Shown here in pieces: positions 30,501 to 39,469 of a stretch of DNA of 64,000 bases (its first letter is position 1; each line of letters begins with the position of its first letter). Source of the DNA: Candidatus Krumholzibacteriales bacterium (GTDB lineage: Bacteria > Krumholzibacteriota > Krumholzibacteriia > Krumholzibacteriales > WJIX01); the NCBI GenBank assembly GCA_046483305.1, contig JAWODM010000004.1, positions 46,894-110,893 on the forward strand, in the 5' to 3' direction. The position numbers and the translations under genes were made by a program. The notes under the pieces are model-generated. The model had not been told where the DNA came from and did not search any database. It saw only the letters and a list, made by a program, of their open reading frames with translations.

Positions 30501-32420
30501 ATGAACTCGCAGAATAAAGGAAAAGATTTGGAAAAACCTGTAAGAATTACTGATACCACTTTCAGGGACGGGCACCAGTCCACTCTGGCAACCCGTTTCA
30601 GGACCGGGGACATGCTGGAAATAGCCGATAAAATGAACAGGGTTGGTTTCCAATCCATGGAAGTCTGGGGGGGAGCTACTTTCGATGTGGCTACCCGGTA
30701 TCTGAATGAGGATCCATGGGAGAGGCTTGAAAAGTTAAAGGAGAAACTCCCGGATACACCCCTGCAGATGCTTCTCAGGGGCCAGAACCTGGTCGGATAC
30801 AGGAATTACGCGGACGATGTGGTGGAGAAATTTGTGGAGGAGGCTGCCAAAGCGGGAATAGATATCTTCCGTGTCTTCGATGCCCTTAACGACGAAAGGA
30901 ATTTCGAGGCCTCGTTCAGGGCGATAAAGAAGAGCGGGAAAGATATCCAGGGCACCATATGTTATTCGCTTACAGAAAATCGGCTGGGAGGCGAGGTATT
31001 CAACCTTGATTATTATAAGAAGAAAGCTTCCGCAATAGAAGGGATGGGTGCCGATTCGCTCTGTATCAAGGATATGGCCGGGTTGCTCAACCCCTTCGAC
31101 TCTTATGAACTCATCTCGGCTCTGAAAGATACAATCTCCATACCTATTCAGCTGCATTGCCATTATACCAGCGGGATGGCATCGATGTCATATCTTAAGG
31201 CGATAGAGGCGGGGGTTGATATTATAGACTGCGCTCTTGCTCCCTTCGCACTCAGGTCCTCACAGCCCTCCGTGGAATCGATGCTGGCCGCGCTGCAGGA
31301 AACCGCCAGGGATCCCGGCCTGGACATGGAAGAACTTTATGAAATAGGCGCCTATATAGAAGCGATCGCTCCCAAATACTGCTGTTACCTGAATACCACC
31401 AAGATGTCGATTATCGACACAGGAGTAATAAAGCACCAGGTGCCGGGCGGTATGCTGACCAACCTGGTCAGCCAGCTCAGGGAAGCGGATGCTCTGGACA
31501 GGCTGGACGATGTCTTCAAAGAACTTCCCAGAACCAGGAAGGAACTCGGTTATCCGCCCCTGGTGACCCCTACCAGCCAGATTGTAGGGATACAGGCCGT
31601 CCAGAATGTTCTTTTCGGCAGATATAAGATGATAACCGGCCAGGTCAAGGATTATGCTTACGGGCTTTACGGGAAACCGCCTATTCCGATTGACAGTAAA
31701 GTCCAGAAAAAAGCTCTCAAGGATTATCCCCGGGGCGAAAAGCCGATTGACCACCGTCCCGCGGACATACTGGAACCGGAGCTGGAAAAGGCCAGGGAGC
31801 TATCCAGCGGGATTGCCAAGAACGAGAGGGATGTTCTGATATGCGCGCTCTATCCCACCACCGGACTGAGATTCCTGAGGTGGAAGTACGGTCTGGAAGA
31901 GCCCCCCGAAGATGTCAAGCCAAAATCCCTGGAAGAGGTCAAAAAAGAGGAAGAGTTGATCGAAAAAATAAAGAGCGGAGATTATAACCCGGCCGCGGTT
32001 ACTAAGGCGAAGGGCAAGAACGCCAGGAGCTTTAATGTGTACGTCGGCGACGAAAACTTCAATGTGCAGGTGGAAGAGGTGAGGGAGAGAGCCAGATTCA
32101 AGGCTGCCGGCGATACTGAACCGATAATCAGAAAAAAAATCAAAAAAAAGAAGAAAGAAGATAAAGAAGAGACTAATGCCTCCGCGGCTCCCTCCGCCGA
32201 GGGCGAGTTTACCCTTATCGCTCCCATGCCCGGGATGGTTATCGAGTACAAGGTGCAGGAGGGCGACGAGGTTTCTGTCGGCGATGTTCTGTTGATTCTG
32301 GAAGCAATGAAGATGCAGAACAGTATTACTTCAAACGTTAATGGAGTCATCAAATCTATTAAAATAGCTCCTGGAAATTCTGTAGAAAAGAATCAGGTCA
32401 TAATGGTAATTGCCCAGTAG
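30501..32420 (+). CDS. Pyruvate/oxaloacetate carboxyltransferase fused to a biotin carrier (PycB/OadA-like)
   Basis: RDGHQS, WGGATFD, LLRGQNLVGY, IKDMAG, HCH, PGGM, VTPTSQIVG; biotinylation site EAMKM. Confidence 0.92.
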   Translation: MNSQNKGKDLEKPVRITDTTFRDGHQSTLATRFRTGDMLEIADKMNRVGFQSMEVWGGATFDVATRYLNEDPWERLEKLKEKLPDTPLQMLLRGQNLVGYRNYADDVVEKFVEEAAKAGIDIFRVFDALNDERNFEASFRAIKKSGKDIQGTICYSLTENRLGGEVFNLDYYKKKASAIEGMGADSLCIKDMAGLLNPFDSYELISALKDTISIPIQLHCHYTSGMASMSYLKAIEAGVDIIDCALAPFALRSSQPSVESMLAALQETARDPGLDMEELYEIGAYIEAIAPKYCCYLNTTKMSIIDTGVIKHQVPGGMLTNLVSQLREADALDRLDDVFKELPRTRKELGYPPLVTPTSQIVGIQAVQNVLFGRYKMITGQVKDYAYGLYGKPPIPIDSKVQKKALKDYPRGEKPIDHRPADILEPELEKARELSSGIAKNERDVLICALYPTTGLRFLRWKYGLEEPPEDVKPKSLEEVKKEEELIEKIKSGDYNPAAVTKAKGKNARSFNVYVGDENFNVQVEEVRERARFKAAGDTEPIIRKKIKKKKKEDKEETNASAAPSAEGEFTLIAPMPGMVIEYKVQEGDEVSVGDVLLILEAMKMQNSITSNVNGVIKSIKIAPGNSVEKNQVIMVIAQ

Positions 32421-32445
32421 ATTATCATAAAAGGAGTATTTTACT

Positions 32446-34542
32446 ATTTCAAAGCATCATCGCAGGTACAGGCTAAAAACACATCCAATCCTCGAGACAC
32501 CTGAATTAAACGAAATTCAGTTTACATTCAACGGTGAAAAAATGTACGCGCTCAGGGACGAAATGATTTCGTCGGCGCTGTTCGCGAACGGAGTTAGAGT
32601 ATTCGGACATCACCCGGTGGGGAATGCTCCACAGGGTATATACTGCGTTAACGGGCAGTGCAGCCAGTGCACTGTGCTGGTCGATTCGATACCTGTAAAA
32701 GCCTGCATGACAGCGGTAAGGCCCGGAATGAGAATTACCAGCTGCGAGGGGATTCCCGACCTTCCCCCCGATGACCGGAGGCCTGAATTTTCAGAGATAG
32801 AGACCATGGAAACCGAGGTCCTGGTGGTGGGAGGAGGTCCGGCGGGCATTAACACAGCGGTTGAGCTGGGAGAACTTGGCATAGACACCCTGCTGGTTGA
32901 TGATAAGAGCAAACCGGGCGGGAAGCTGACTCTGCAGACTCACCCGTTTTTCGGTTCCAGGGATGACTGCTATGCGGGTACCAGGGGCATCGAAATAGCT
33001 GAAATTCTTGCCGGTCAACTTGGTTCGCTGGAGAGCGTCAGAGTGCTGAGATCGACCAGCGCGGTAGGTGTCTTCCACGACCGGGCGGTGGGTTTATACA
33101 ATGAAGGCAGATACCTTCTGGTAAAGCCGCGAGCTGCGGTCGTGGCAACCGGCGCCAGGGAGAAATCGCTGGCCTTTCCAGGCTGCGACCTTCCCGGAGT
33201 CTATGGAGCCGGCGCCTTTCAGACTCTGCTTAACCGGGACCTGGTAAGGCCTTCGGATAGACTGTTCATAGTTGGGGGCGGGAATGTGGGGCTGATTGCC
33301 GGGTATCATGCCATTCAGGCGGGAATAAAAACCGTAGGGCTGGTTGAAGCTCTTGAAAGGTGCGGCGGATACAAGGTGCACCTCGATAAACTGAGAGAAC
33401 TGGGCGTTCCCATATTTACCAGGCACACCGTAGTCAGAGCTGAAGGAGAAAAGGCCCTGGAGAGGGTTGTCATATCTGAAATAGACGAAAAATTCAGGCC
33501 TGTGGAAGGTACCGGAAGGGCGTTCGAGGTAGATACGCTTCTGATAGCGGTAGGGCTTTCGCCTATCAATGAACTTCACGATAAGTTCAGGGAGTTCGGG
33601 ATAGAATCATTCACCTGCGGCGACGCCGGCGAGATATCCGAAGCGTCAGCGGCGATCTTCAGCGGCAAGATAACGGGGCGCAGAGTCGCGCGTTCGCTGG
33701 GATACGATGTAGATATCCCCGCTCAGTGGGAGGATACTGAAAAGATTCTCCGGAGCGATCCTGGAAGGATTTATGAATTCAAGGCCGAACAGAACGATCT
33801 TGAGAAATATCCCATAATAAGATGCGTTCAGGAAATTCCCTGTAATCCATGCGTGGACAGCTGCCCCAGGGGGTCGATAATAATTGATGACGATACCATT
33901 ATGGGGCTTCCCCGTTTCGAAGGCGAGTGCATAGGATGCATGAAATGTGTTACTTCCTGTCCGGCGTTGGCAGTCACTCTGGTTCTGCCGTCAGAAAAGA
34001 AAAAAATGTCCAGGGTGGTTATCCCGTATGAACTGAGCCGTGATTTTATATCTACCGGCGGGGAAGTAACCACCGTGGATATGGATGCCGAGGTGGTTGG
34101 CCGTGGGAAGATAACGGATTTCAAAGAAGCGCCAGGTGATAATAAACGGCTGCTGGTTACCCTGGAGGTTCCTGAAACGGAGGCTGAGAAAGTGGCGGGG
34201 ATCAGGGTTTTTGAACCGGAGGAGGGAGTTCCGGTTGACCAGAACGAAAAAAAGATGGAAGACGAAGCGATTATTTGCCGGTGCGAAAGAGTTACCGTGG
34301 GGAGGGTCCGGAAGGAGATACTCAACGGGGTGCGTGATATGAATGTGCTTAAGGCCAATATCAGAACCGGGATGGGAGCTTGTGGCGGGAAAACATGCAC
34401 CGACCTGATACTGAGGCTTTTCAGAGAATGCGGAGTAAACCCGGAAGAGATAACTCTTCCCACTGACAGGCCGTTCATTGAAGAGATACCCCTGGCGTCA
34501 TTTGCCGGTATTGGGAAAGGGGAAGACAGTGGTCGGGAATAA
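32446..34542 (+). CDS. Multi-Fe-S FAD-dependent oxidoreductase (sarcosine oxidase/proline dehydrogenase alpha-like fusion)
   Basis: 2Fe-2S (CVNGQCSQC), GGGPAG, ATGAREK, GGGNVG, 4Fe-4S dicluster, BFD-like CRC...C...C. The start is probably ATT 32446 rather than ATG 32542 (see findings). Confidence 0.85.
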   Translation: MSKHHRRYRLKTHPILETPELNEIQFTFNGEKMYALRDEMISSALFANGVRVFGHHPVGNAPQGIYCVNGQCSQCTVLVDSIPVKACMTAVRPGMRITSCEGIPDLPPDDRRPEFSEIETMETEVLVVGGGPAGINTAVELGELGIDTLLVDDKSKPGGKLTLQTHPFFGSRDDCYAGTRGIEIAEILAGQLGSLESVRVLRSTSAVGVFHDRAVGLYNEGRYLLVKPRAAVVATGAREKSLAFPGCDLPGVYGAGAFQTLLNRDLVRPSDRLFIVGGGNVGLIAGYHAIQAGIKTVGLVEALERCGGYKVHLDKLRELGVPIFTRHTVVRAEGEKALERVVISEIDEKFRPVEGTGRAFEVDTLLIAVGLSPINELHDKFREFGIESFTCGDAGEISEASAAIFSGKITGRRVARSLGYDVDIPAQWEDTEKILRSDPGRIYEFKAEQNDLEKYPIIRCVQEIPCNPCVDSCPRGSIIIDDDTIMGLPRFEGECIGCMKCVTSCPALAVTLVLPSEKKKMSRVVIPYELSRDFISTGGEVTTVDMDAEVVGRGKITDFKEAPGDNKRLLVTLEVPETEAEKVAGIRVFEPEEGVPVDQNEKKMEDEAIICRCERVTVGRVRKEILNGVRDMNVLKANIRTGMGACGGKTCTDLILRLFRECGVNPEEITLPTDRPFIEEIPLASFAGIGKGEDSGRE

Positions 34543-35698
34543 CTATGATGCTATTATCATAGGGGCGGGCAGTGTGGGACTTCCGGCCGCTTATTTCCTG
34601 AGCCGCGAGGACCTCAGTGTGCTGGTTATCGATAAGGAGCATTCTCAGGGCCAGGGACAGAACAAATCCGCAATAGGGGGAGTAAGAGCCACTCATTCCG
34701 ATCCGGCAAAAATCTCCATCTGCCTCCAGAGCCTGGAGCTGTTCTCGAACTGGGAAAAAGAGCATGGCAGAGACATCGGATGGAAGGGAGGAGGTTACTG
34801 CTACCCGGTTTACCGTGAAGAAGATGAGCTGACTCTCCGCGGGCTGCTTCCCGTTCAGAAGGAATACAAACTGAATATAGACTGGATTTCAGCTGATGAG
34901 ATCAAGGAACTGGTTCCCGGCATCAATCCGGAGGGATTAAGGGGCGGTACCTACGCTCCCGGCGACGGGCAGGTAAGTCCCCTTCAGGCCGCTGCATCTT
35001 TCTGGGACGAGAGCCGGAAACTGGGCGCTGAGTTTATCTTCGATTGCAGGGTTAACGGCCTGATTATGGAAGGCGGCAGGATACAGGGGGTGGAGACGGA
35101 AAAAGGGAATTACTATTCAGGCGTAGTGGTGAACGCCGCGGGGGCGAGAGCAAGAGAGATCGGGATGATGGCCGGTATAGATATACCCGTGTTCCCGGAC
35201 AGCCATGAAGCTGGTATAACCTCCGCTGTTCAGCCTTTCCTGGAACCCCTCATCGTGGATATCAGGCCCGGGCCTTACAATAAAACCTCAAACTTTTATT
35301 TCGGGCAGAATGATCGGGGACAGATTATATTCTGCTATACTCCCCTTGATCCTTTCAAGGGAGAGAACAGGTCCTCGACTTCAGAATTCATGCCGATTCT
35401 TTCCAGGAGGCTGATAGACCTTATTCCCAGGCTGAAAAACATCCTGGTCAGGAGGGTATGGCGCGGCCTGTACCCGATGACCCCGGACGGTATTATTATC
35501 CTGGATGAAGTGAGAGAGGTGGAAGGATTCTACCTGGCTGTCGGTATGTGCGGGCAGGGTTTCATGCTGGGTCCGGGCGTGGGTATGAATATGGCCAGCC
35601 TTATAACCAGGGGTGAGCCTGCCATCGACAGGGACGTATTCAAGTCGCTGAGCCTGTATCGTGATTTCCGGTCCAGCCGGGCGGAGTCACTTAAATAA
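34529..35698 (+). CDS. FAD-dependent amine oxidoreductase (DAO/SoxB-like beta subunit)
   Basis: IIGAGSVG, VVNAAG, WRGLYPMTPDG, GMCGQGFMLGPG. GTG start overlaps the upstream gene. Confidence 0.88.
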   Translation: MVGNNYDAIIIGAGSVGLPAAYFLSREDLSVLVIDKEHSQGQGQNKSAIGGVRATHSDPAKISICLQSLELFSNWEKEHGRDIGWKGGGYCYPVYREEDELTLRGLLPVQKEYKLNIDWISADEIKELVPGINPEGLRGGTYAPGDGQVSPLQAAASFWDESRKLGAEFIFDCRVNGLIMEGGRIQGVETEKGNYYSGVVVNAAGARAREIGMMAGIDIPVFPDSHEAGITSAVQPFLEPLIVDIRPGPYNKTSNFYFGQNDRGQIIFCYTPLDPFKGENRSSTSEFMPILSRRLIDLIPRLKNILVRRVWRGLYPMTPDGIIILDEVREVEGFYLAVGMCGQGFMLGPGVGMNMASLITRGEPAIDRDVFKSLSLYRDFRSSRAESLK

Positions 35699-35861
35699 TC
35701 AGACAACAGGCCGGCGGAAATTATGCTGCCGGTTATCGCCAATCATAATTATATTCCTTCAGCAAAAAGAGATACGGCATTTTTATATTGATTATTCCCG
35801 GAATTTATCTCAATATTGTCACCGGAAGGGGAACCAGAGATATAAACCGGGAAGTTGATGT

Positions 35862-38588
35862 ATGCCATATGTGCCGCTGCATGTCCATTCGGTGAACAGT
35901 ACCTACAGGGGTATGATGACGCCGGAAGAACTGGCTGAGGGCGCCAGGAGAAAAGGGTTTGATGCCGTAGCCCTGACTGATTGCTGGAGCACTTACGGGC
36001 ATTACGGTTTCTACCGTGCGGCAGTTGAGGCAGGAATGAAGCCGATTCTGGGAGTTGAGGCAAGGCACAGTTCTTTCAGGGGCAGGGAAAGGTTCAGCCA
36101 CCTGACTCTGCTGGCCGAGAATGAGGCGGGTTACCGCAATATAGTGGCGGTGGTTCAGTCTCATTATAACAAGAGGAATGACCGTTTTGTGACCCCGGAA
36201 GAACTGAAGGAATTCAGCGAAGGGGTAATAGCACTGACAGGTTCGATTGAAGGGGAGATAAGCCAGTCGATTCTGGGCGGCAGCCTGACCAGAATGAAGA
36301 AGATCCTGGCTGACCTTGCAGGGATTTACGGTCCGGATAACCTGTTTATTGAATTAATGAATCATAATACCGAGAAGGAATGGTTTGTCTGCGATAAGCT
36401 GATTGAATTAAGCAGCCGGAGCGGGATTCCTGCCGTGGTCACCAATAACGACCGGTTTGTATCAAGAGACACAGCGGATGATTACCTGGTTCTTGACAGA
36501 ATCAGGCGCAAGCATGAGGGAGGTAAAGACAGGGGAGGGGGAACCGAATACTATCTGAAGGTTCGAAAGGAACTGGAGCCTTATTTTACCGTATCTGAAG
36601 ACGCGCTGAATACCACAGGGTTTATCGCCGGCCGGTGCAGCCTGGAGTTACCGGAAGACTTCCGTCTGGAGTTCACCGCAACGGCGGATCCCCGCATGGA
36701 GCTGGAAAGAAGATGCAGAAAGTATTTTGATATTCGCCGCGGAACGATGGCTCCGGCGATAAGAGAAAAGGTTAAGAATTCGATGGAGTCGGAGCTTCAG
36801 CTTGCCGAAGAGGGAAATGTAAGCTCTTTCCTGTTATTTCTCTCAGATCTCTTTGATATCTGCCGCCGAAAATCGATCCGCCTGGAAGTATTAGGCGATG
36901 AACTTCAGCAAAGCGTAATTTCTTACCTGCTGGGCATTACCAATGTGGAGCCCACTTCGCACGGGCTTGTTTTCGAATGCTTCTGTTCGGACAGCGAATA
37001 TTTCGCGCCTCACCTTGAATTGATAACCGACGCTCAGGAGAGGGAATCGATTTTCAGGATAGTCTGTTCAATTATTCCGCGCTGCCGGATCTTCTTCAGG
37101 GTGGCAAGAACTGATATGTCCTTCAAGAGGATAGTTGAGGAGCTATGCTCAGTTGTAGACGTGGACAAGCGTCTTCATGAACGGATAATCTCATTTGCCG
37201 CAAGAGAGGGCAGAGATATGGACATATCTTCCATGTTCAGAGATTCAACGGAGTTCAGAAAGATGTACGGTATGGACCGGGCGGTTAAAAGGGTTTTTCA
37301 CCTGGCAGATTCTTTCCGGGGCAGAATAAGGCATTTTAACCTCGATTCTTCCAGGGCGGTAGTGCTGCCTGAAGGCGCTCAGAGGATGATTGCCGTTCTT
37401 CCCAATCCCGAAGGAGAGAAGTTTCTGCAGTGCGAGGATCAGACTCTGGAACTGCTGAATGCCTGGCCTTTCGTTCTGCACCATTCCAGAGTTCTGGCTG
37501 TAATCGCAGAGGCCTCGAGAACCGCGGGTATCCGGGGCGCCGGCCGGGAATTGGCGGAGAAATCCATACCTCTGAATGACCGCAGTACATACAGCCTGAT
37601 AGCGGGCGGTGATACGGAGGGTGTGTATCTTCTGGAGAGCGCAGGGGTAAGGAAGATGATTTCCAGAATCAAGCCGGATAGTTTCGACAGGTTTGTGGAC
37701 ACGGTTTCCCTGTACAGGCCCGGTCCGCTCAGAGGAGAATTATGGAAGAAATATGTGGGGGAGGAGCCTACTTCGGCCCCTCAGAATAAAGCGGTCAGGG
37801 AGGTGCTTCGGAAGACCAGGGGGGTGTTGTTGTATAGGGAGCAGGCAAGGAAGATAATCGAAGAAGTCGCCGGCCTGGAGGGAGAAGAAGTTTTCAGGAT
37901 GGAGATGGCTCTGAGGAACGCGGACCCAGCCGGATTGAGAAACGGAAGGTTGAATTTCATTAGAAATTGCATGGAGAGAGGCATAGAAGAAGAACAGGGA
38001 AACAGAATTTTCGATTTTCTGAGGGATAAGATACAGTATACTTATGCCAGGTCACTTGCCTGTTCCAGAGCTTATCTGAGCTATATCAGCGCTTATCTTA
38101 AAGCGCACTATTTCACCCACTATTTCGCCGCCCTGTTCAATGTCTACTCCGATCAGGCCGGGAAGATCAGGACTTACCGGAATTATTTCCGGAGGAAGGG
38201 GGGAAAGATTCTGCCTGCGGATATCAACCGGAGCTTTGCGTACTTTTCTGTGGAGGGAGAGGACATCAGGGCTCCTCTGGAAAAGCATGAAGATGAAGAT
38301 ACCGCCGGGAGGATTGTAGAAGAACGCGAAAATAATGGAGATTTCGAATCTCTGGCCGGTTTTTCCAATCGCCTCCCCGAGATATCTGAAGAGAATTTGT
38401 TGAGAATGGTTGAGAACGGGGTTTTCGATCCCTTTGGCGACAGAAAAACCATCGAGACAGAACTTCTGGAATTATTTGAGAAAAGGAAGATCACCAAACT
38501 GGAAGGCGCCGGGATGGAGAAGGACGACAGCGGAAAGGTTAAGTCAAAACAGCTCTCTATATTTGATGATGAAGCTGAAAATGATTGA
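35862..38588 (+). CDS. DNA polymerase III alpha (DnaE) paralogue, predicted catalytically inactive
   Basis: PHP (LHVHS, ALTD, KPILGVE, HLTLLAEN), YLLGIT, GVYLLES, LYRPGP, TRGVLLYREQ, AYLKAHY, PADINRS. Catalytic motifs are replaced and the protein ends in QLSIF. Confidence 0.85.
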   Translation: MPYVPLHVHSVNSTYRGMMTPEELAEGARRKGFDAVALTDCWSTYGHYGFYRAAVEAGMKPILGVEARHSSFRGRERFSHLTLLAENEAGYRNIVAVVQSHYNKRNDRFVTPEELKEFSEGVIALTGSIEGEISQSILGGSLTRMKKILADLAGIYGPDNLFIELMNHNTEKEWFVCDKLIELSSRSGIPAVVTNNDRFVSRDTADDYLVLDRIRRKHEGGKDRGGGTEYYLKVRKELEPYFTVSEDALNTTGFIAGRCSLELPEDFRLEFTATADPRMELERRCRKYFDIRRGTMAPAIREKVKNSMESELQLAEEGNVSSFLLFLSDLFDICRRKSIRLEVLGDELQQSVISYLLGITNVEPTSHGLVFECFCSDSEYFAPHLELITDAQERESIFRIVCSIIPRCRIFFRVARTDMSFKRIVEELCSVVDVDKRLHERIISFAAREGRDMDISSMFRDSTEFRKMYGMDRAVKRVFHLADSFRGRIRHFNLDSSRAVVLPEGAQRMIAVLPNPEGEKFLQCEDQTLELLNAWPFVLHHSRVLAVIAEASRTAGIRGAGRELAEKSIPLNDRSTYSLIAGGDTEGVYLLESAGVRKMISRIKPDSFDRFVDTVSLYRPGPLRGELWKKYVGEEPTSAPQNKAVREVLRKTRGVLLYREQARKIIEEVAGLEGEEVFRMEMALRNADPAGLRNGRLNFIRNCMERGIEEEQGNRIFDFLRDKIQYTYARSLACSRAYLSYISAYLKAHYFTHYFAALFNVYSDQAGKIRTYRNYFRRKGGKILPADINRSFAYFSVEGEDIRAPLEKHEDEDTAGRIVEERENNGDFESLAGFSNRLPEISEENLLRMVENGVFDPFGDRKTIETELLELFEKRKITKLEGAGMEKDDSGKVKSKQLSIFDDEAEND

Positions 38589-38606
38589 AATAGTTCTCAT
38601 TTACTG

Positions 38607-38635
38607 TTGACATTGCACCATAGCATTGATATTTT
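38607..38635 (+). promoter_or_regulatory. sigma70 promoter of tRNA-Glu
   Basis: TTGACA, 17 nt, TATTTT, preceded by TGn. Confidence 0.5.
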
Positions 38636-38667
38636 CCTTCAGTCCGTAAATTAATATGTTTTCGGGT

Positions 38668-38745
38668 GTCCCCATCGTCTAGCCAGGACTAGGACACCGC
38701 CCTTTCACGGCGGCAACACGGGTTCGAATCCCGTTGGGGGCGCCA
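38668..38745 (+). tRNA. tRNA-Glu (TTC)
   Basis: Acceptor GTCCCCA/TGGGGGC, anticodon arm CCGCC-CTTTCAC-GGCGG, GGTTCGAATCC, encoded CCA. Confidence 0.95.
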
Positions 38746-38908
38746 TTTTTATTTCCTCCCGCGGGGCCTGTAAAATCAGGCATCAAAATAGGCGCCGGCT
38801 GTTTCCTGATTGAACGGGAGACAAAGTTTATTAAATGATATACAATACCAGGGAGTGTAATTGATCAGAGGCCGCCCGTTGAAACGTTAAACTGGTAAGG
38901 GGGGAAAG

Positions 38909-39403
38909 ATGAAGTTAATATCCGCGGCAATCATATCACTGCTGTTTTTGACAGTTTCCGGCGCCGCAACGGCCGGCCCGCGGGATGGCACCGGAGTGGG
39001 AATAATTCTCGGTGAACCTACCGGGCTCAGCGTCAAGAAATGGACCGGGGCAACACAGGCGGTCGATTTTGGCGTTGCCTGGTCTTTTTCAGAAAACAAC
39101 TCCTTTCATTTTCACGCCGATTATCTCATTCACAGCTTTGACATCCTTAAAACCGATGATCCCGGGGTGAAGATCCCTGTTTACTTCGGACTGGGAGGCA
39201 GGTTCAAACTGAGTGAGGGGGGTGATGAGAAAGGGAGGAATGATGAGGATTCACTGATCGGGATAAGGATCCCGTTCGGAGTTTCCTACCTGTTCAGGGA
39301 TGCACCGCTGGACATTTTCATGGAGATAGTGCCGGTCCTGGATATAGCCCCGGATACGGAGTTCGATCTCAATGGCGCTATAGGGGCGAGGTTTTATTTC
39401 TGA
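38909..39403 (+). CDS. Small outer-membrane beta-barrel protein
   Basis: Signal peptide, GIILGEPTGLS, RIPFG, C-terminal beta-signal GARFYF. Confidence 0.75.
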   Translation: MKLISAAIISLLFLTVSGAATAGPRDGTGVGIILGEPTGLSVKKWTGATQAVDFGVAWSFSENNSFHFHADYLIHSFDILKTDDPGVKIPVYFGLGGRFKLSEGGDEKGRNDEDSLIGIRIPFGVSYLFRDAPLDIFMEIVPVLDIAPDTEFDLNGAIGARFYF

Positions 39404-39469
39404 ACCTTTCCGGGTTGAGTATGGAAACGGTGGCGGGATTGTGATGATTTACATTTACGGGGAGTAAGT

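Noticed and set aside
35862..38588. Calling this gene a functional dnaE or dnaE2 (imuC)
   Set aside because: Catalytic aspartates are absent and there are no imuA/imuB neighbours; reported as an inactive paralogue instead.
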